Notes: generated from the letters alone by a model not told the origin. Positions 8,722 through 18,219 are shown, numbered from the stretch's first letter. The stretch: DNA of 61,049 bases from Lachnospiraceae bacterium (GCA_024680835.1 JAILBP010000287.1:1-61049); one strand, 5' to 3'. Numbers and translations are program-made.

Positions 8722-10326
8722 TTACGCCCTGAAATCTACCGAGTTACCGTTGTCTCTCATCACAGAAGCGTTTACGATCTCTGCCTCAGTAAGATTATCG
8801 GCTATTTCCTCCGGATTGTTTAGATTTATATTTCTGATACCGGTGATACGTTCCATTGCCTCCTCGGCGCCCTCACCCTGTCTGTCTCCCTGCCTCTGAT
8901 CGCCGCCTGCGGCGCTTCCCGTCTGGTTTTCATAAGCGCTTTCAAACTCGTGGGTTTCAACCGTGACTTCCACGGCAGTTACTTTGACTCCCGCATTTTC
9001 AAGGTTCGCCCTGAGTTCGGCGATCTGGGTGTTTAAAGCATCCCTGACCTGCTCATTTTCAACTCTGACTTCAGCAGTGAGATTCCCCTGTTTTTCAGTC
9101 ACATGGAGAGTGAGCTGTCCTAAGTTTTCCGGATTTAATCTCATAGACAGCGTGGTCTGCTCATTTTCCATATTTCTGGTAAGTGTCGCAAACTGTTCAA
9201 TGAGATTGTCCACATCTATGTAACCTGCGACATCATCTGTTGAGGAAACCGCCTGTGCGTGCACATCCGAATTCAAATGTACCCCTGTATCCGCTGCGTT
9301 GTGAACCGCTTCTCTTCCGGCACTGTCCCCAAGGTTTTCAGTATCAGTCTTTTTCCGGAAACTTCCGGTCTGTCCGCCGAGAGCCTCACCCTCATCATCC
9401 TGACTAAAGCTGTTATTGTCAGCCCCGTCTCCGGCCGGGACCCCATTATCATCTTCTGCCGCCGTATCGGAAACCTTATCCGAAGAACGCAAAGCAGGGT
9501 CCTCTGCTGTTTCCTTTTCAGAAACTTCCCGGGTTGTCACCACCTGATCCGATATCCTGACATTTTGATTCTCACCGTCGGACACCTGAGTCACATCCCC
9601 TGCAGCTTCCTGAGAAACCGTCATGTCTGCCCCGGCATCAGCCGCGAAACCGCCGGCTGCAAGATCTGTTTCCTCAACGCCCGCATCCTGTGAAACAATG
9701 AAAACTTCGGCATCAACCGGCTCTTCCATAAGCTTCAGCACACCTGTAAGCTCATCCGGTGCCACGGAAAACTCCGAAGCCAGTTCGTTTCTGATCTGAG
9801 CAACATTGTCCAACAGCCCGCTCATACCCGGCATTGACAGAAGATCCACGGCGCTCTCAGCCCCGGAAAGTTCCGTCACCAGTTGAACCAGCATATTCTG
9901 GTCAAAAAGATCCGCGTCGGTCAAGCCCAGCAGATTCATAACCTTTTCGATATCCTCATCGGATACCTTGAATTCGTCTTTTATTGCTTCTTTTATCTTT
10001 TCCGCTTTGTCCGAGGCAATCTTTTTGTTCTCGGGTGATGCAGTATCAACTTTGTCCTTTGCACTGTCCTTTTGTCTGATATTGGAATGTGTCTCGGACT
10101 GCAGTTTATTGTATGACTCTTCCGGCGATGAACTTTTCGTCTGTGACGACGTCTCCTTTTTTTCTGCATTTATATCAGGCGCCTGCATAGAGGCGCTTCT
10201 GTCCATAAATTCGGAAAAAACATCAACACCGGTGAGATCAACATCTTCTTTTCCTTCAGCCTTTGACGCCTGAACGTCGCTCTTCACCATAGGCTGTGAA
10301 AAGACCGAAATATTACCTGTCGTCAT
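8722..10326 (-). CDS. fliK: Flagellar hook-length control protein FliK
   Basis: 534 aa. A long acidic disordered N-terminal region is followed by a C-terminal Flg_hook-type domain (LSMRLNPENLGQLTLHVTEKQGNLTAEVRVENEQVRDAL). It sits upstream of flgD. Confidence 0.85.
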   Translation of the reverse strand: MTTGNISVFSQPMVKSDVQASKAEGKEDVDLTGVDVFSEFMDRSASMQAPDINAEKKETSSQTKSSSPEESYNKLQSETHSNIRQKDSAKDKVDTASPENKKIASDKAEKIKEAIKDEFKVSDEDIEKVMNLLGLTDADLFDQNMLVQLVTELSGAESAVDLLSMPGMSGLLDNVAQIRNELASEFSVAPDELTGVLKLMEEPVDAEVFIVSQDAGVEETDLAAGGFAADAGADMTVSQEAAGDVTQVSDGENQNVRISDQVVTTREVSEKETAEDPALRSSDKVSDTAAEDDNGVPAGDGADNNSFSQDDEGEALGGQTGSFRKKTDTENLGDSAGREAVHNAADTGVHLNSDVHAQAVSSTDDVAGYIDVDNLIEQFATLTRNMENEQTTLSMRLNPENLGQLTLHVTEKQGNLTAEVRVENEQVRDALNTQIAELRANLENAGVKVTAVEVTVETHEFESAYENQTGSAAGGDQRQGDRQGEGAEEAMERITGIRNINLNNPEEIADNLTEAEIVNASVMRDNGNSVDFRA

Positions 10327-10349
10327 AGAATCCCTCCGATCTTATTTTC

Positions 10350-11180
10350 TTATTTTTTATTTTTATCGGGGTATAGGATCTCCGTCACCCTGGCGGCAAT
10401 CTCAGCATCCATGTTGCCCAATATCTCTCCTCTCGACTCCGCATCCATTTTCTCGAGGATCTCTGCAACAAGCGTGAGATTATCCGTCATGGTATCAAAG
10501 ATCTTTGCCGCATTTTTCGCCTTCATGTTGGAATATGTTTTTACGTAATTGTCCAGCTCGGAGTTATACTGCTGCTGTTCCAGCACCTGTTTGTATATTC
10601 TCTCGGCATTCTCCGGCGAGATCTGCGCATAATACTCCTGATAATATGATATATCGGGCGCTTCATCCGAAAAAACAACCTCTTCGTCAAATTTTTTCTT
10701 AAGATCATCAAATTCTTTTATCTTTGTTTCGTAACTCTTGAGTTTTTCTATCTTTGACTTCAGCTCTTCGATGCGCTTATTTTTGCTGGCGACCTTCTCC
10801 TGTTCTCCGGCCAGCTCACGCTCCAGCATCTTTATGTACTCCACCGCATCATCGATGGTGGCAAAGCTGTGGTCGGGATCCTCGTCGGTTTCCTTCACCT
10901 CCGGCAGTATCATGTTCAGATATGGTACATTCTTGAACACGGGATACATGACCGTGGAGCCGAAACCACCCACATCCCATTTGACTATCAGCACAAAGAT
11001 GCCGAGCCAGAGCGCTATTATGACGAGGGATGCCAAAAATACCGCGATCTTGGTGCCTATTCCTCCCTCGTCCTCATCCGATGCGGCTTCCGCCCCCTGG
11101 GCCTCGGCCTTCTTTTTCTTTTTTTCCTCTTTTGCGGCTGCCTTTGCTTCTTTTTCAGCCTGCTTATCATCACCCGGCAT
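10350..11180 (-). CDS. YlxF/FlbB-like flagellar operon protein (TM + coiled coil + MgtE_N-like C-terminal domain)
   Basis: 276 aa. It has a K/E-rich N-terminus, one TM helix (IAVFLASLVIIALWLGIFVLIV), a coiled coil and a C-terminus AKIFDTMTDNLTLVAEILEKMDAESRGEILGNMD typical of MgtE intracellular N-domain repeats. It occupies the same slot as B. subtilis ylxF, between fliJ and fliK. Confidence 0.65.
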   Translation of the reverse strand: MPGDDKQAEKEAKAAAKEEKKKKKAEAQGAEAASDEDEGGIGTKIAVFLASLVIIALWLGIFVLIVKWDVGGFGSTVMYPVFKNVPYLNMILPEVKETDEDPDHSFATIDDAVEYIKMLERELAGEQEKVASKNKRIEELKSKIEKLKSYETKIKEFDDLKKKFDEEVVFSDEAPDISYYQEYYAQISPENAERIYKQVLEQQQYNSELDNYVKTYSNMKAKNAAKIFDTMTDNLTLVAEILEKMDAESRGEILGNMDAEIAARVTEILYPDKNKK

Positions 11181-11220
11181 TTCTGTCTCCTCTTAATCAA
11201 TGTAACGGCACGGTTACGTA

Positions 11221-11661
11221 TTACTTTTTCCCGTAAGTATAGCTCACAAGTCCGTCGATCTCTTTTGCTTCCTCAGCCGCAAGCTCCTGCTTGAATACTT
11301 CAAACGCTTTTTCCTTAAGCTTTTCATGGGATTTTCTGCTCACCATCTCATCATTCAGTTTCTTTCTGGCGATATCCACATTTTTTCTGGCCACCTGAAC
11401 CCGCACCATCTGATCTTTTATGATGGTCTTCATGGCATCGATAGCCTGTTTATTGGCATTGAGTTCAACCGGATTGAGCTTTCCGCTCATAAGCTCCTTG
11501 GCGCGTCTCTCATATCTGGTTCTGCGCACGGTGAGCTCGGCGAGCTTTTTTTCCTCCTCCGCAAGAGCTGCGTTCGCAGCGGCGAACTCATTCTTTGCCT
11601 GCTCTTCGAGTTTGTATTTTATGTTTAATATGCCCTGCATCCGGTAGTTGAATTTAGCCAT
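11221..11661 (-). CDS. fliJ: Flagellar export chaperone/stalk protein FliJ
   Basis: 146 aa, an all-coiled-coil protein. It starts MAKFNYRMQGILNIKYKLEEQAKNEF, as FliJ does, and lies downstream of fliI. Confidence 0.85.
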   Translation of the reverse strand: MAKFNYRMQGILNIKYKLEEQAKNEFAAANAALAEEEKKLAELTVRRTRYERRAKELMSGKLNPVELNANKQAIDAMKTIIKDQMVRVQVARKNVDIARKKLNDEMVSRKSHEKLKEKAFEVFKQELAAEEAKEIDGLVSYTYGKK

Positions 11662-11686
11662 ATCAAATCACCCTTTGTCCCCCTCA

Positions 11687-11721
11687 GTCAGCTACGCTGA
11701 CAGCTCCCCCGAAGGGGGAGC
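11687..11721. repeat. Two adjacent GC-rich hairpins (REP-like) in the 146-nt fliI-fliJ spacer
   Basis: The plus strand reads GTCAGC-tac-GCTGAC at 11687-11701, immediately followed by GCTCCCCC-gaa-GGGGGAGC at 11703-11721. A partial second copy of AGTCAGCTCCC lies at 11774-11784. Confidence 0.7.
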
Positions 11722-11807
11722 CTTTAAAAAACACCCGGTTTTACTGACAATTTCACCTGAGACCGATCCCTTTAGTCAGCTCCCTCAAGTGGAAGGTCTT
11801 AGTCGAT

Positions 11808-13124
11808 TCAGTCCCTGAATATGTCGTACATCATGTTTATCTCGTCCTCAAAGTTAAATTTCTCATCGGTACGTTGAAGGAGGAAATCATTGACCGCGCC
11901 TATCTTTTTGATGGCGTAGTCGATCTCTCTGTTGGAACCGTTTTTGTAGGCTCCTATGTTGATCAGATCCTCGGCCTCCGCGTAGGTCGCCATAACATTC
12001 TTGAGTTTTCCGGAGACATCCTTGTGCTCCCGGGTGGCTATGGCGGACATTACTCTGGAGATGGATGCCAGCACATCGATGGCCGGATAGTGATTGCGCT
12101 GGGCAAGACGCCTGTTCAGCACTATATGTCCGTCCAGTATACCTCTCGCGGTATCGGTGATGGGTTCGTTGAAATCATCACCGTCCACCAGAACGGTATA
12201 GAGCCCCGTGATGGATCCCGCATCATTGGTGCCCGCTCTCTCCAAAAGCTTGGGAAGTTCCGCATAAACCGACGGTGGATATCCTCTTGTAACAGGAGGC
12301 TCACCCGAAGCAAGCCCTATCTCTCTCTGAGCCATGGAAAAACGGGTGAGGGAGTCCATCATCAACAAGACATCACATCCCTCGTCCCTGAAATATTCGG
12401 CTATAGCCGTGGCTGTCATCGCCGCCTTTTTTCGAATCAGCGCAGGTTTATCCGAGGTGGCCACCACCACCACGGATCTGGCCATACCTTCGGGGCCCAG
12501 ATCCCTCTCTATGAATTCCCTTACCTCACGGCCTCGCTCTCCGATCAAAGCGATGACATTGATATCGGCCTTCGTGTTTCTGGCAAACATACCCATCAGG
12601 GTACTCTTGCCCACGCCGGAACCGGCAAATATACCTATACGCTGACCCTTGCCCACGGTTATAAGCCCGTCCACAGCTTTTACACCCAGGGGCAGTACAT
12701 CGGATATTATGCGTCTTTTCATGGGATCCGGCGGCATACATTCCACGGGATAGTCCTTGCCGCCAAGGATCCTGATATCGTCTGTATCCGTAGGCCTTCC
12801 GAGACCGTCCAGGGTATGTCCCAAAAGCGCCCTGCCTACATTTACTGACAGGGGGTGCCCCGTGTTTTCCACAATACATCCCCCGCCTATACCTTCAACG
12901 CTCTCAACAGGCATCAGCAGCAATATATTATCCCTGAAGCCTATGACCTCGGCCATGATAAATATATTTTTTTCCCTATCTACTATAATGCGGCACAGAT
13001 CCGCAAGTTTGGCATCGGGACCTATAGATTCCACCGTCAGCCCCACCACCTTGACAACCTTTCCGAAAGCATTGTATTTTGGCGTATCCAAAACATTATA
13101 GTATTTGTTAAGATCAAATTCCAA
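11808..13124 (-). CDS. fliI: Flagellum-specific type III export ATPase FliI
   Basis: 438 aa with Walker A GSGVGKST and F1/T3SS ATPase-like sequence throughout. It follows fliH. Confidence 0.95.
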   Translation of the reverse strand: MEFDLNKYYNVLDTPKYNAFGKVVKVVGLTVESIGPDAKLADLCRIIVDREKNIFIMAEVIGFRDNILLLMPVESVEGIGGGCIVENTGHPLSVNVGRALLGHTLDGLGRPTDTDDIRILGGKDYPVECMPPDPMKRRIISDVLPLGVKAVDGLITVGKGQRIGIFAGSGVGKSTLMGMFARNTKADINVIALIGERGREVREFIERDLGPEGMARSVVVVATSDKPALIRKKAAMTATAIAEYFRDEGCDVLLMMDSLTRFSMAQREIGLASGEPPVTRGYPPSVYAELPKLLERAGTNDAGSITGLYTVLVDGDDFNEPITDTARGILDGHIVLNRRLAQRNHYPAIDVLASISRVMSAIATREHKDVSGKLKNVMATYAEAEDLINIGAYKNGSNREIDYAIKKIGAVNDFLLQRTDEKFNFEDEINMMYDIFRD

Positions 13125-13127
13125 GAT

Positions 13128-13994
13128 TCAGCCCTGCCTTGTACTGAGAGCCTTAAGCTCCTTCTTGAGATTTTCCAGTTCCACCTTAAAACTGCAATCA
13201 TAAACTCCCGAATCTGCATCCACGATGCAATCTCCGGCCGAGAGAGAGACATCCATAACTATGTCCAGATTTGCGTCATTACCGATTATCTTCACAAATT
13301 CGTCCCTTGATCCTCTCACAAAATCAATGTCAGCCTCGGAGACCTTAACCTTATAATTTTTGGTCTCCCTGATGTTACGCATGGCGTTTTTGATCAGAAA
13401 AAGCAACAGTTCCCTGCTGTCCGAAAACTTTACAAAAAATACTTTTTCGAATATGTCCAGCATGGTATCTAAAAGGTCCGATTCCAGGGATGCCATGTTA
13501 TTTTCGTAATCTGTATTCAGCCTTTGTTCCAGCTCGTCAAGTTCCCTGGCGCGACCCTCATACTCCTCGGAAGCAGCTTTTTTTCCTTCTTCATAACCCT
13601 TTGATCTGGCTTCCTCAAAAGCCTGCTGTTTTATGGATTCTGCCTCTGCTCTGGCCTCCTGAATCGTTCTCTCGGCCTCTTCCCTCGCAGTGCTTATTAT
13701 GTCATCGGCCTCATTTCTGGCGATCTCACCATAATCGATATTTTCTTCTTCACTGCTATTTAAAATACCCGGATCTAGATCATCCGGGCCAATTTCTTCG
13801 GAAAACTCTTCACCTGTCTCACGGCTGAATCTCTCCAGTCGCTCGCTGCGGTTTTTTGCCTCCTGTTCTGACTGAAGCTTTGCCAGTTTTTGCATGATCA
13901 TATCGTTGGAATTGATGATGCGCTTCTCCACTTTGTCAGCTTTATATATCCTGTTTTTTTCACTTATAATCTCAGACATGCTAAAATCAGCCAA
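13128..13994 (-). CDS. fliH: Flagellar assembly protein FliH
   Basis: 288 aa with an E/A/R-rich coiled-coil centre and a FliH-type C-terminal domain. It lies between fliG and fliI and overlaps fliG by 8 nt. Confidence 0.8.
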   Translation of the reverse strand: MADFSMSEIISEKNRIYKADKVEKRIINSNDMIMQKLAKLQSEQEAKNRSERLERFSRETGEEFSEEIGPDDLDPGILNSSEEENIDYGEIARNEADDIISTAREEAERTIQEARAEAESIKQQAFEEARSKGYEEGKKAASEEYEGRARELDELEQRLNTDYENNMASLESDLLDTMLDIFEKVFFVKFSDSRELLLFLIKNAMRNIRETKNYKVKVSEADIDFVRGSRDEFVKIIGNDANLDIVMDVSLSAGDCIVDADSGVYDCSFKVELENLKKELKALSTRQG

Positions 13995-14994
13995 TCAGCT
14001 CGTCACCTCCGCCTCGCGAAATAATGATCTCTCCCGAATCTTCGAGACGTCTAATAACTGCAACTATCTTCTGCTGTGCTTCCTCCACATCCTTCATACG
14101 CACAGGTCCCATGAATTCGATATCTTCCTGGATCATGGCGGCAAGACGCTTTGAAAGGTTCTTTAAGATGATAGCCTTAACCTCCTCATTGGAACCCTTG
14201 AGAGCAACCTCGAGGTCGGAGTTTTCCACGTCACGCAGCACTCTCTGTATAGCACGGTCGTCCAGCAGCAAAATGTCTTCGAATACAAACATCTTCTTTC
14301 TGATCTCGTCCGCCAGCTCCGGATCTTCGATCTCCAATACTTCCATGATATGTTTTTCCGTACCGCGGTCTACGGTATTCAGGATGTTCACGACTGAATC
14401 CACGCCGCCAACAATGGTGTAATCCTGGTTGACCAGTGAAGCAAGTTTTCTCTCCAGCACGCTCTCCACCTCTTTGATCACATCCGGCGATGTACGATCC
14501 ATGGTGGCAATTCTCCTGGTGACATCCGCCTGCATATCCGGAGGCAATGCTCCCACTATGGTAGCTGCCTGATTTGAAGAAATGTATGACAATATCATGG
14601 CGATGGTCTGCGGATGCTCGTCCTGTATGAAGTTCAGGATCTGTGAAGGCTCTGTCTTTCTCACGAACTCGAAAGGACGTACCTGAAGAGAAGCTGTGAG
14701 CTTTGTGATAACCTCTCTTGCCTTCTCCTCTCCCAACGCCTTGTCCAGAAGCTCTTTCGCGTAGCCGATACCACCCTCTGCGATATACTGCTGTGCGAGG
14801 CAGACCTGATAAAATTCATTTATGACATCTTCTTTTGTCTGGGGTGAGACCGATCTTGTATTAGCTATCTCAAGAGTCAGTTCCTCTATCTCATCCTCTT
14901 TTAAATATTTAAATATCGAAGCTGACTTTTCGGGTCCCAAGGCTATCAGCAAAACTGCCGCCTTTTGAACTCCGCTGAGCTGTTCGTCCGCCAT
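13987..14994 (-). CDS. fliG: Flagellar motor switch protein FliG
   Basis: 335 aa. FliG armadillo-like repeats are present, including MFVFEDILLLDDRAIQRVLRDV and the C-terminal torque-helix region. Confidence 0.95.
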   Translation of the reverse strand: MADEQLSGVQKAAVLLIALGPEKSASIFKYLKEDEIEELTLEIANTRSVSPQTKEDVINEFYQVCLAQQYIAEGGIGYAKELLDKALGEEKAREVITKLTASLQVRPFEFVRKTEPSQILNFIQDEHPQTIAMILSYISSNQAATIVGALPPDMQADVTRRIATMDRTSPDVIKEVESVLERKLASLVNQDYTIVGGVDSVVNILNTVDRGTEKHIMEVLEIEDPELADEIRKKMFVFEDILLLDDRAIQRVLRDVENSDLEVALKGSNEEVKAIILKNLSKRLAAMIQEDIEFMGPVRMKDVEEAQQKIVAVIRRLEDSGEIIISRGGGDELIG

Positions 14995-15009
14995 TTGTAC
15001 CGTCTCCTG

Positions 15010-16614
15010 TTAATCCCAATCCTCATTGAGCCAGTTTCTGAGCAGTGAAGCCACAGCCTCCGGCTTTTCATCAACAAACTTCTCTATCAGAAGTCTTGCG
15101 TCGGATTTCTCCTGGAATTCGATCTCATCAAGTTCTGCTTCATCCAGTTCACGCGTTGATTCCAAAAGTGATTCCACGGAAAGTTCCGGCTCCAGTTCCT
15201 CCACTTTGTCCACTCTGGTAGCCCGCCATACAACATATCCCAACAACGCGAATATCAATACTGCCAACAGTATCTGCAAAATATCGGCAGCCTTTACCGC
15301 AGGCGAGGTCTTGTATGTAAACATAGGCACTTCATATGCCACTATGGAAATATTGGCTGTATCAAAGCCTGTAGCCGCAGCGACCATGGAATAGAAGCTT
15401 GGATCCACCTCCAGCAGCTTCTTCTCGGAATTCTGTGCTATGAATTCCTCAAAGGTCATACTGTCCAGAGTTCCGTCATCTTTCAATGCCTGCTCGGAAT
15501 AATTGTGATAGGTCGTGGCAACCACCGTTATGGATGAATTGTCGTAGTTGATCTTTCCGCTTCCTCCGCTGGTCTTTGTGAGACGCTGGTTGGGAAGGTA
15601 ATCCTTGGTGTAATCCGTCACAGAGCTTTCGGTATAATCATTATCTTCCAGCATGTAGGTGGTCTCATCGTTGGCATCGGTTCCGGGAACCGCCGCTGCG
15701 CCGCCTACCGCATAACTCTCATAATAGCTCTCGGAATCAAGATATCCCTGAGTCATCTCGTCAGCCACGTAATACTGGAGATCCGTGATCTCGGAATTAC
15801 TGAAATCCATATCGAGATTCAGACCTACCGTAACAGTATCATAAACCTCCGTACCTTTTATGACATTGGAGACTTCATTGCGTATCTGTTCTTCATATTT
15901 CTGTCTTATGGACAAAACCGAAGAAGCAAGACCTGCCGTCGTGGAACTCTCACCTCCGGTGAAGAGCGCATTGGAATCCTGGTCTATGATGGAAACGCAA
16001 TCCGTGGTATCATTGCCCACCTGAGTCGCCAAAAACTTTGCAAGGCTGGCAGCCTGTGCCTCATCCATGCGCTCCGTCAATGTCAGTTTTACTGCCACAT
16101 ACGTATCCTGCGCCTTGGATATCAGCGTACCGTCATCGTCAGGTATATTCAGTGTCACTTCCGCCTCGGAAACATTGGAGAGTGTCTCCAGTATATCCGC
16201 AAATTTCTTTTCGAGATAAAGCTTATATGTCTTTTGTTTGTCCGACTCCGTAGTGGTAAAGCTGCCACTCAGAGCATCCGCTATGGTATATCCGTCGGTT
16301 GCGATATCATTGGAACCCAGCAGGATGCTGGCTTCTCCGTACTGTTTTTCGCTTACCTCATAGCTCAAGCCGTCCATGGACCGCTTGTATACGATGTTAT
16401 TTTCATCCAAAAGGGTCTGTACTGCCGCAGACTGGGTCGCATCCTGGCAATGGATCAGCGAAACATATTTGGTGCGTGTCACTGCCAGTATCAATATGAC
16501 CAGGGTGATCAAAACCACAGCGGCGGCACTTATGATAAACGCCTTCTGTTTGGTGGAAAAGCTTCTCCACCACGCTATAATCTTATCCAGGATCTTTCGA
16601 ATCTGCTCCGGCAT
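15010..16614 (-). CDS. fliF: Flagellar MS-ring protein FliF
   Basis: 534 aa with N- and C-terminal TM helices flanking ring-building motifs. It lies directly upstream of fliG. Confidence 0.93.
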   Translation of the reverse strand: MPEQIRKILDKIIAWWRSFSTKQKAFIISAAAVVLITLVILILAVTRTKYVSLIHCQDATQSAAVQTLLDENNIVYKRSMDGLSYEVSEKQYGEASILLGSNDIATDGYTIADALSGSFTTTESDKQKTYKLYLEKKFADILETLSNVSEAEVTLNIPDDDGTLISKAQDTYVAVKLTLTERMDEAQAASLAKFLATQVGNDTTDCVSIIDQDSNALFTGGESSTTAGLASSVLSIRQKYEEQIRNEVSNVIKGTEVYDTVTVGLNLDMDFSNSEITDLQYYVADEMTQGYLDSESYYESYAVGGAAAVPGTDANDETTYMLEDNDYTESSVTDYTKDYLPNQRLTKTSGGSGKINYDNSSITVVATTYHNYSEQALKDDGTLDSMTFEEFIAQNSEKKLLEVDPSFYSMVAAATGFDTANISIVAYEVPMFTYKTSPAVKAADILQILLAVLIFALLGYVVWRATRVDKVEELEPELSVESLLESTRELDEAELDEIEFQEKSDARLLIEKFVDEKPEAVASLLRNWLNEDWD

Positions 16615-16660
16615 CTTAAACCTCTTTCCGTTGGTTATGTTATCCTAAAAAAAATATTGA

Positions 16661-16892
16661 TACCTCTTGACCGAAGAGGCATCATCTTGGATGCTTTGCA
16701 TCCAAGATGCGCTTCGGCATCATACTTCTTGACCGAAGAGGCATCCTACCTCTTTGTCGAAGAGGCATCATCTTGGATGCTTTGCATCCAAGATGCGCTT
16801 CGGCGTTCGCCGAAGCTTCGTCGTGACAAACATAAGCCACCCGGTCTGCGAGCAGCCCGGTGTCTTATGTTTGTCACGACATGCCTCTTCTC
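16661..16892. repeat. Composite palindromic repeat element (MITE/REP-like) filling the fliE-fliF spacer
   Basis: There is a perfect 47-nt direct repeat at 16672-16718 and 16758-16804. Each copy contains the 12-bp-stem palindrome CATCTTGGATGC-ttt-GCATCCAAGATG. There are three copies of the short hairpin C(C/T)TCTT-n5-AAGAG(G). A 9-bp-stem hairpin GCTTCGGCG/CGCCGAAGC lies at about 16797-16817. A 17-bp perfect inverted repeat GTCGTGACAAACATAAG (16820-16836) pairs with CTTATGTTTGTCACGAC (16864-16880). The ends carry inverted GAAGAGGCAT/ATGCCTCTTC. Confidence 0.85.
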
Positions 16893-16893
16893 A

Positions 16894-17211
16894 CTATACT
16901 TGCATATTCATGAGAGTATTATATCCCTCTAAAATCTTATCTCGCACGGCAACCGTGTATGAAAGTGCAATGTTTGCCTTCTGTTCGGCGATCATCAGAT
17001 CATGGGTGTTTTCCGCGTCACCGAGAGCAAACTGTATCTCTTTTTCTTCCGCACGGTTTTGGAGATAATTAGTCTCACTGATCATATTGAAAGCCGCTTC
17101 AAATATGGAAGAAAAGCCGGCCGCCGACTCGGTGACCGACGGTCTGTTTCCTGCAGCTATGGGAATCACGTTATTATTTATGCCCGAAATCGAATAAAGA
17201 TCTATAGCCAT
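16894..17211 (-). CDS. fliE: Flagellar hook-basal body complex protein FliE
   Basis: 105 aa with a conserved C-terminus (LMIAEQKANIALSYTVAVRDKILEGYNTLMNMQV). It follows flgC. Confidence 0.9.
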   Translation of the reverse strand: MAIDLYSISGINNNVIPIAAGNRPSVTESAAGFSSIFEAAFNMISETNYLQNRAEEKEIQFALGDAENTHDLMIAEQKANIALSYTVAVRDKILEGYNTLMNMQV

Positions 17212-17270
17212 ATCACAAACTCCAAATCACAAAGGATCTCAAAAACAGGACCAAAAACCGCGGTTATCCG

Positions 17271-17711
17271 TCAACCTCCTATGGAAAGACCTTTCTGTGC
17301 CATGTCCTTGCTGGCCTGGAATGCCGTAACATTGGCCTCGTAGGCACGGCTTGCATCTATAAGATTAGTCATCTCCGTCACAATATTGACGTTAGGATAG
17401 GTAACATAGCCGTTTTCATCCGCATCCGGGTGGCTGGGATCGTACTCCATGATGTAATCGGTGGTATGATCTTCCCTGACTCTCGTAACCTTAACTCCGT
17501 CACCCCTGAATTTATTGCGGTGGGCTTCCAGAACATCCGAAAAAGGAGTGATGGTCTTTGTGGCGAAAGTCACAACTTTTCGTGTGTACACATCTCCGTT
17601 TTCATCTCTGGTAGTATTTATATTTGCTATATTTTCCGCGATGATGTCGGCTCTGAACTGCTGTGCGGTCATGCCGGATGCGCTGATATCAAATGATTGA
17701 AAAAGTCCCAT
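17271..17711 (-). CDS. flgC: Flagellar basal-body rod protein FlgC
   Basis: 146 aa with the N-terminus FDISASGMTAQQFRADIIAENIANINTTR and a rod-protein C-terminal heptad region. Confidence 0.93.
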   Translation of the reverse strand: MGLFQSFDISASGMTAQQFRADIIAENIANINTTRDENGDVYTRKVVTFATKTITPFSDVLEAHRNKFRGDGVKVTRVREDHTTDYIMEYDPSHPDADENGYVTYPNVNIVTEMTNLIDASRAYEANVTAFQASKDMAQKGLSIGG

Positions 17712-17722
17712 ATAATCTCACC

Positions 17723-18124
17723 TCAGCTTCCTATTGCAGTCTTCATACGGTTGAACTCATTGGTAATGGAGGATGTGAGTCCCTGATACCTGAGCTGCTC
17801 ACTGGCAAGCTCAACGTTCTCCGTCTGCGGATCCACATTATTGCCGTCAAGGCGATAATCATAGGGGTAAGCAGCGGCATCAAGCTGCGCATTCGCCGTT
17901 ATCTTCCCGTAATCAACATTATTGATCTTTTTATCGAGGGACAGATATCTGTCCGATTTTGCCAACTGCTGTTTGAGCAGGCTCTCAAAGTCTACTTCCC
18001 TTCTCTTATAACCCGGGGTGCTGACATTTGCCAGATTGTTGGCGATCACTGTCTCCCTCAGCCAGCTGGCGTCAGAAGCCTTATCCAGTACGTTTATGTA
18101 ATTAAATGCACTGCTTTGGATCAT
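17723..18124 (-). CDS. flgB: Flagellar basal-body rod protein FlgB
   Basis: The start is taken at ATG 18124, preceded by AAAGGTGG. This gives MIQSSAFNYINVLDKASDASWLRETVIANNLANVSTPGYKR. The longer ORF-track start at 18262 adds a non-FlgB-like, Cys/Phe-rich extension. Confidence 0.9.
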   Translation of the reverse strand: MIQSSAFNYINVLDKASDASWLRETVIANNLANVSTPGYKRREVDFESLLKQQLAKSDRYLSLDKKINNVDYGKITANAQLDAAAYPYDYRLDGNNVDPQTENVELASEQLRYQGLTSSITNEFNRMKTAIGS

Positions 18125-18191
18125 AAAACCACCTTTCCATGAGCGCCTACATTTTGTGCGCATTAAAACATAGTACACCCATATATAGACC

Positions 18192-18219
18192 ATTATACAC
18201 ATCAAAGAAAAAATATCAA
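18192..18219 (-). promoter_or_regulatory. Putative sigma-A-type promoter of the fla operon
   Basis: The minus strand reads TTGATA-16 nt-TATAAT, about 68 nt upstream of the flgB start. It lies downstream of the codY terminator. Confidence 0.5.

Noticed and set aside
11874-12848. 324-aa plus-strand ORF
   Set aside because: It lies entirely antisense to fliI, which has a clear Walker A and T3SS ATPase sequence. It is a typical shadow ORF.
16234-16932. 232-aa plus-strand ORF spanning the fliF 5' end, the palindromic element and the fliE 3' end
   Set aside because: It reads through repeated palindromes and two real genes on the opposite strand. The repeat-encoded peptide duplication is an artefact of the DNA repeat, not evidence of coding.
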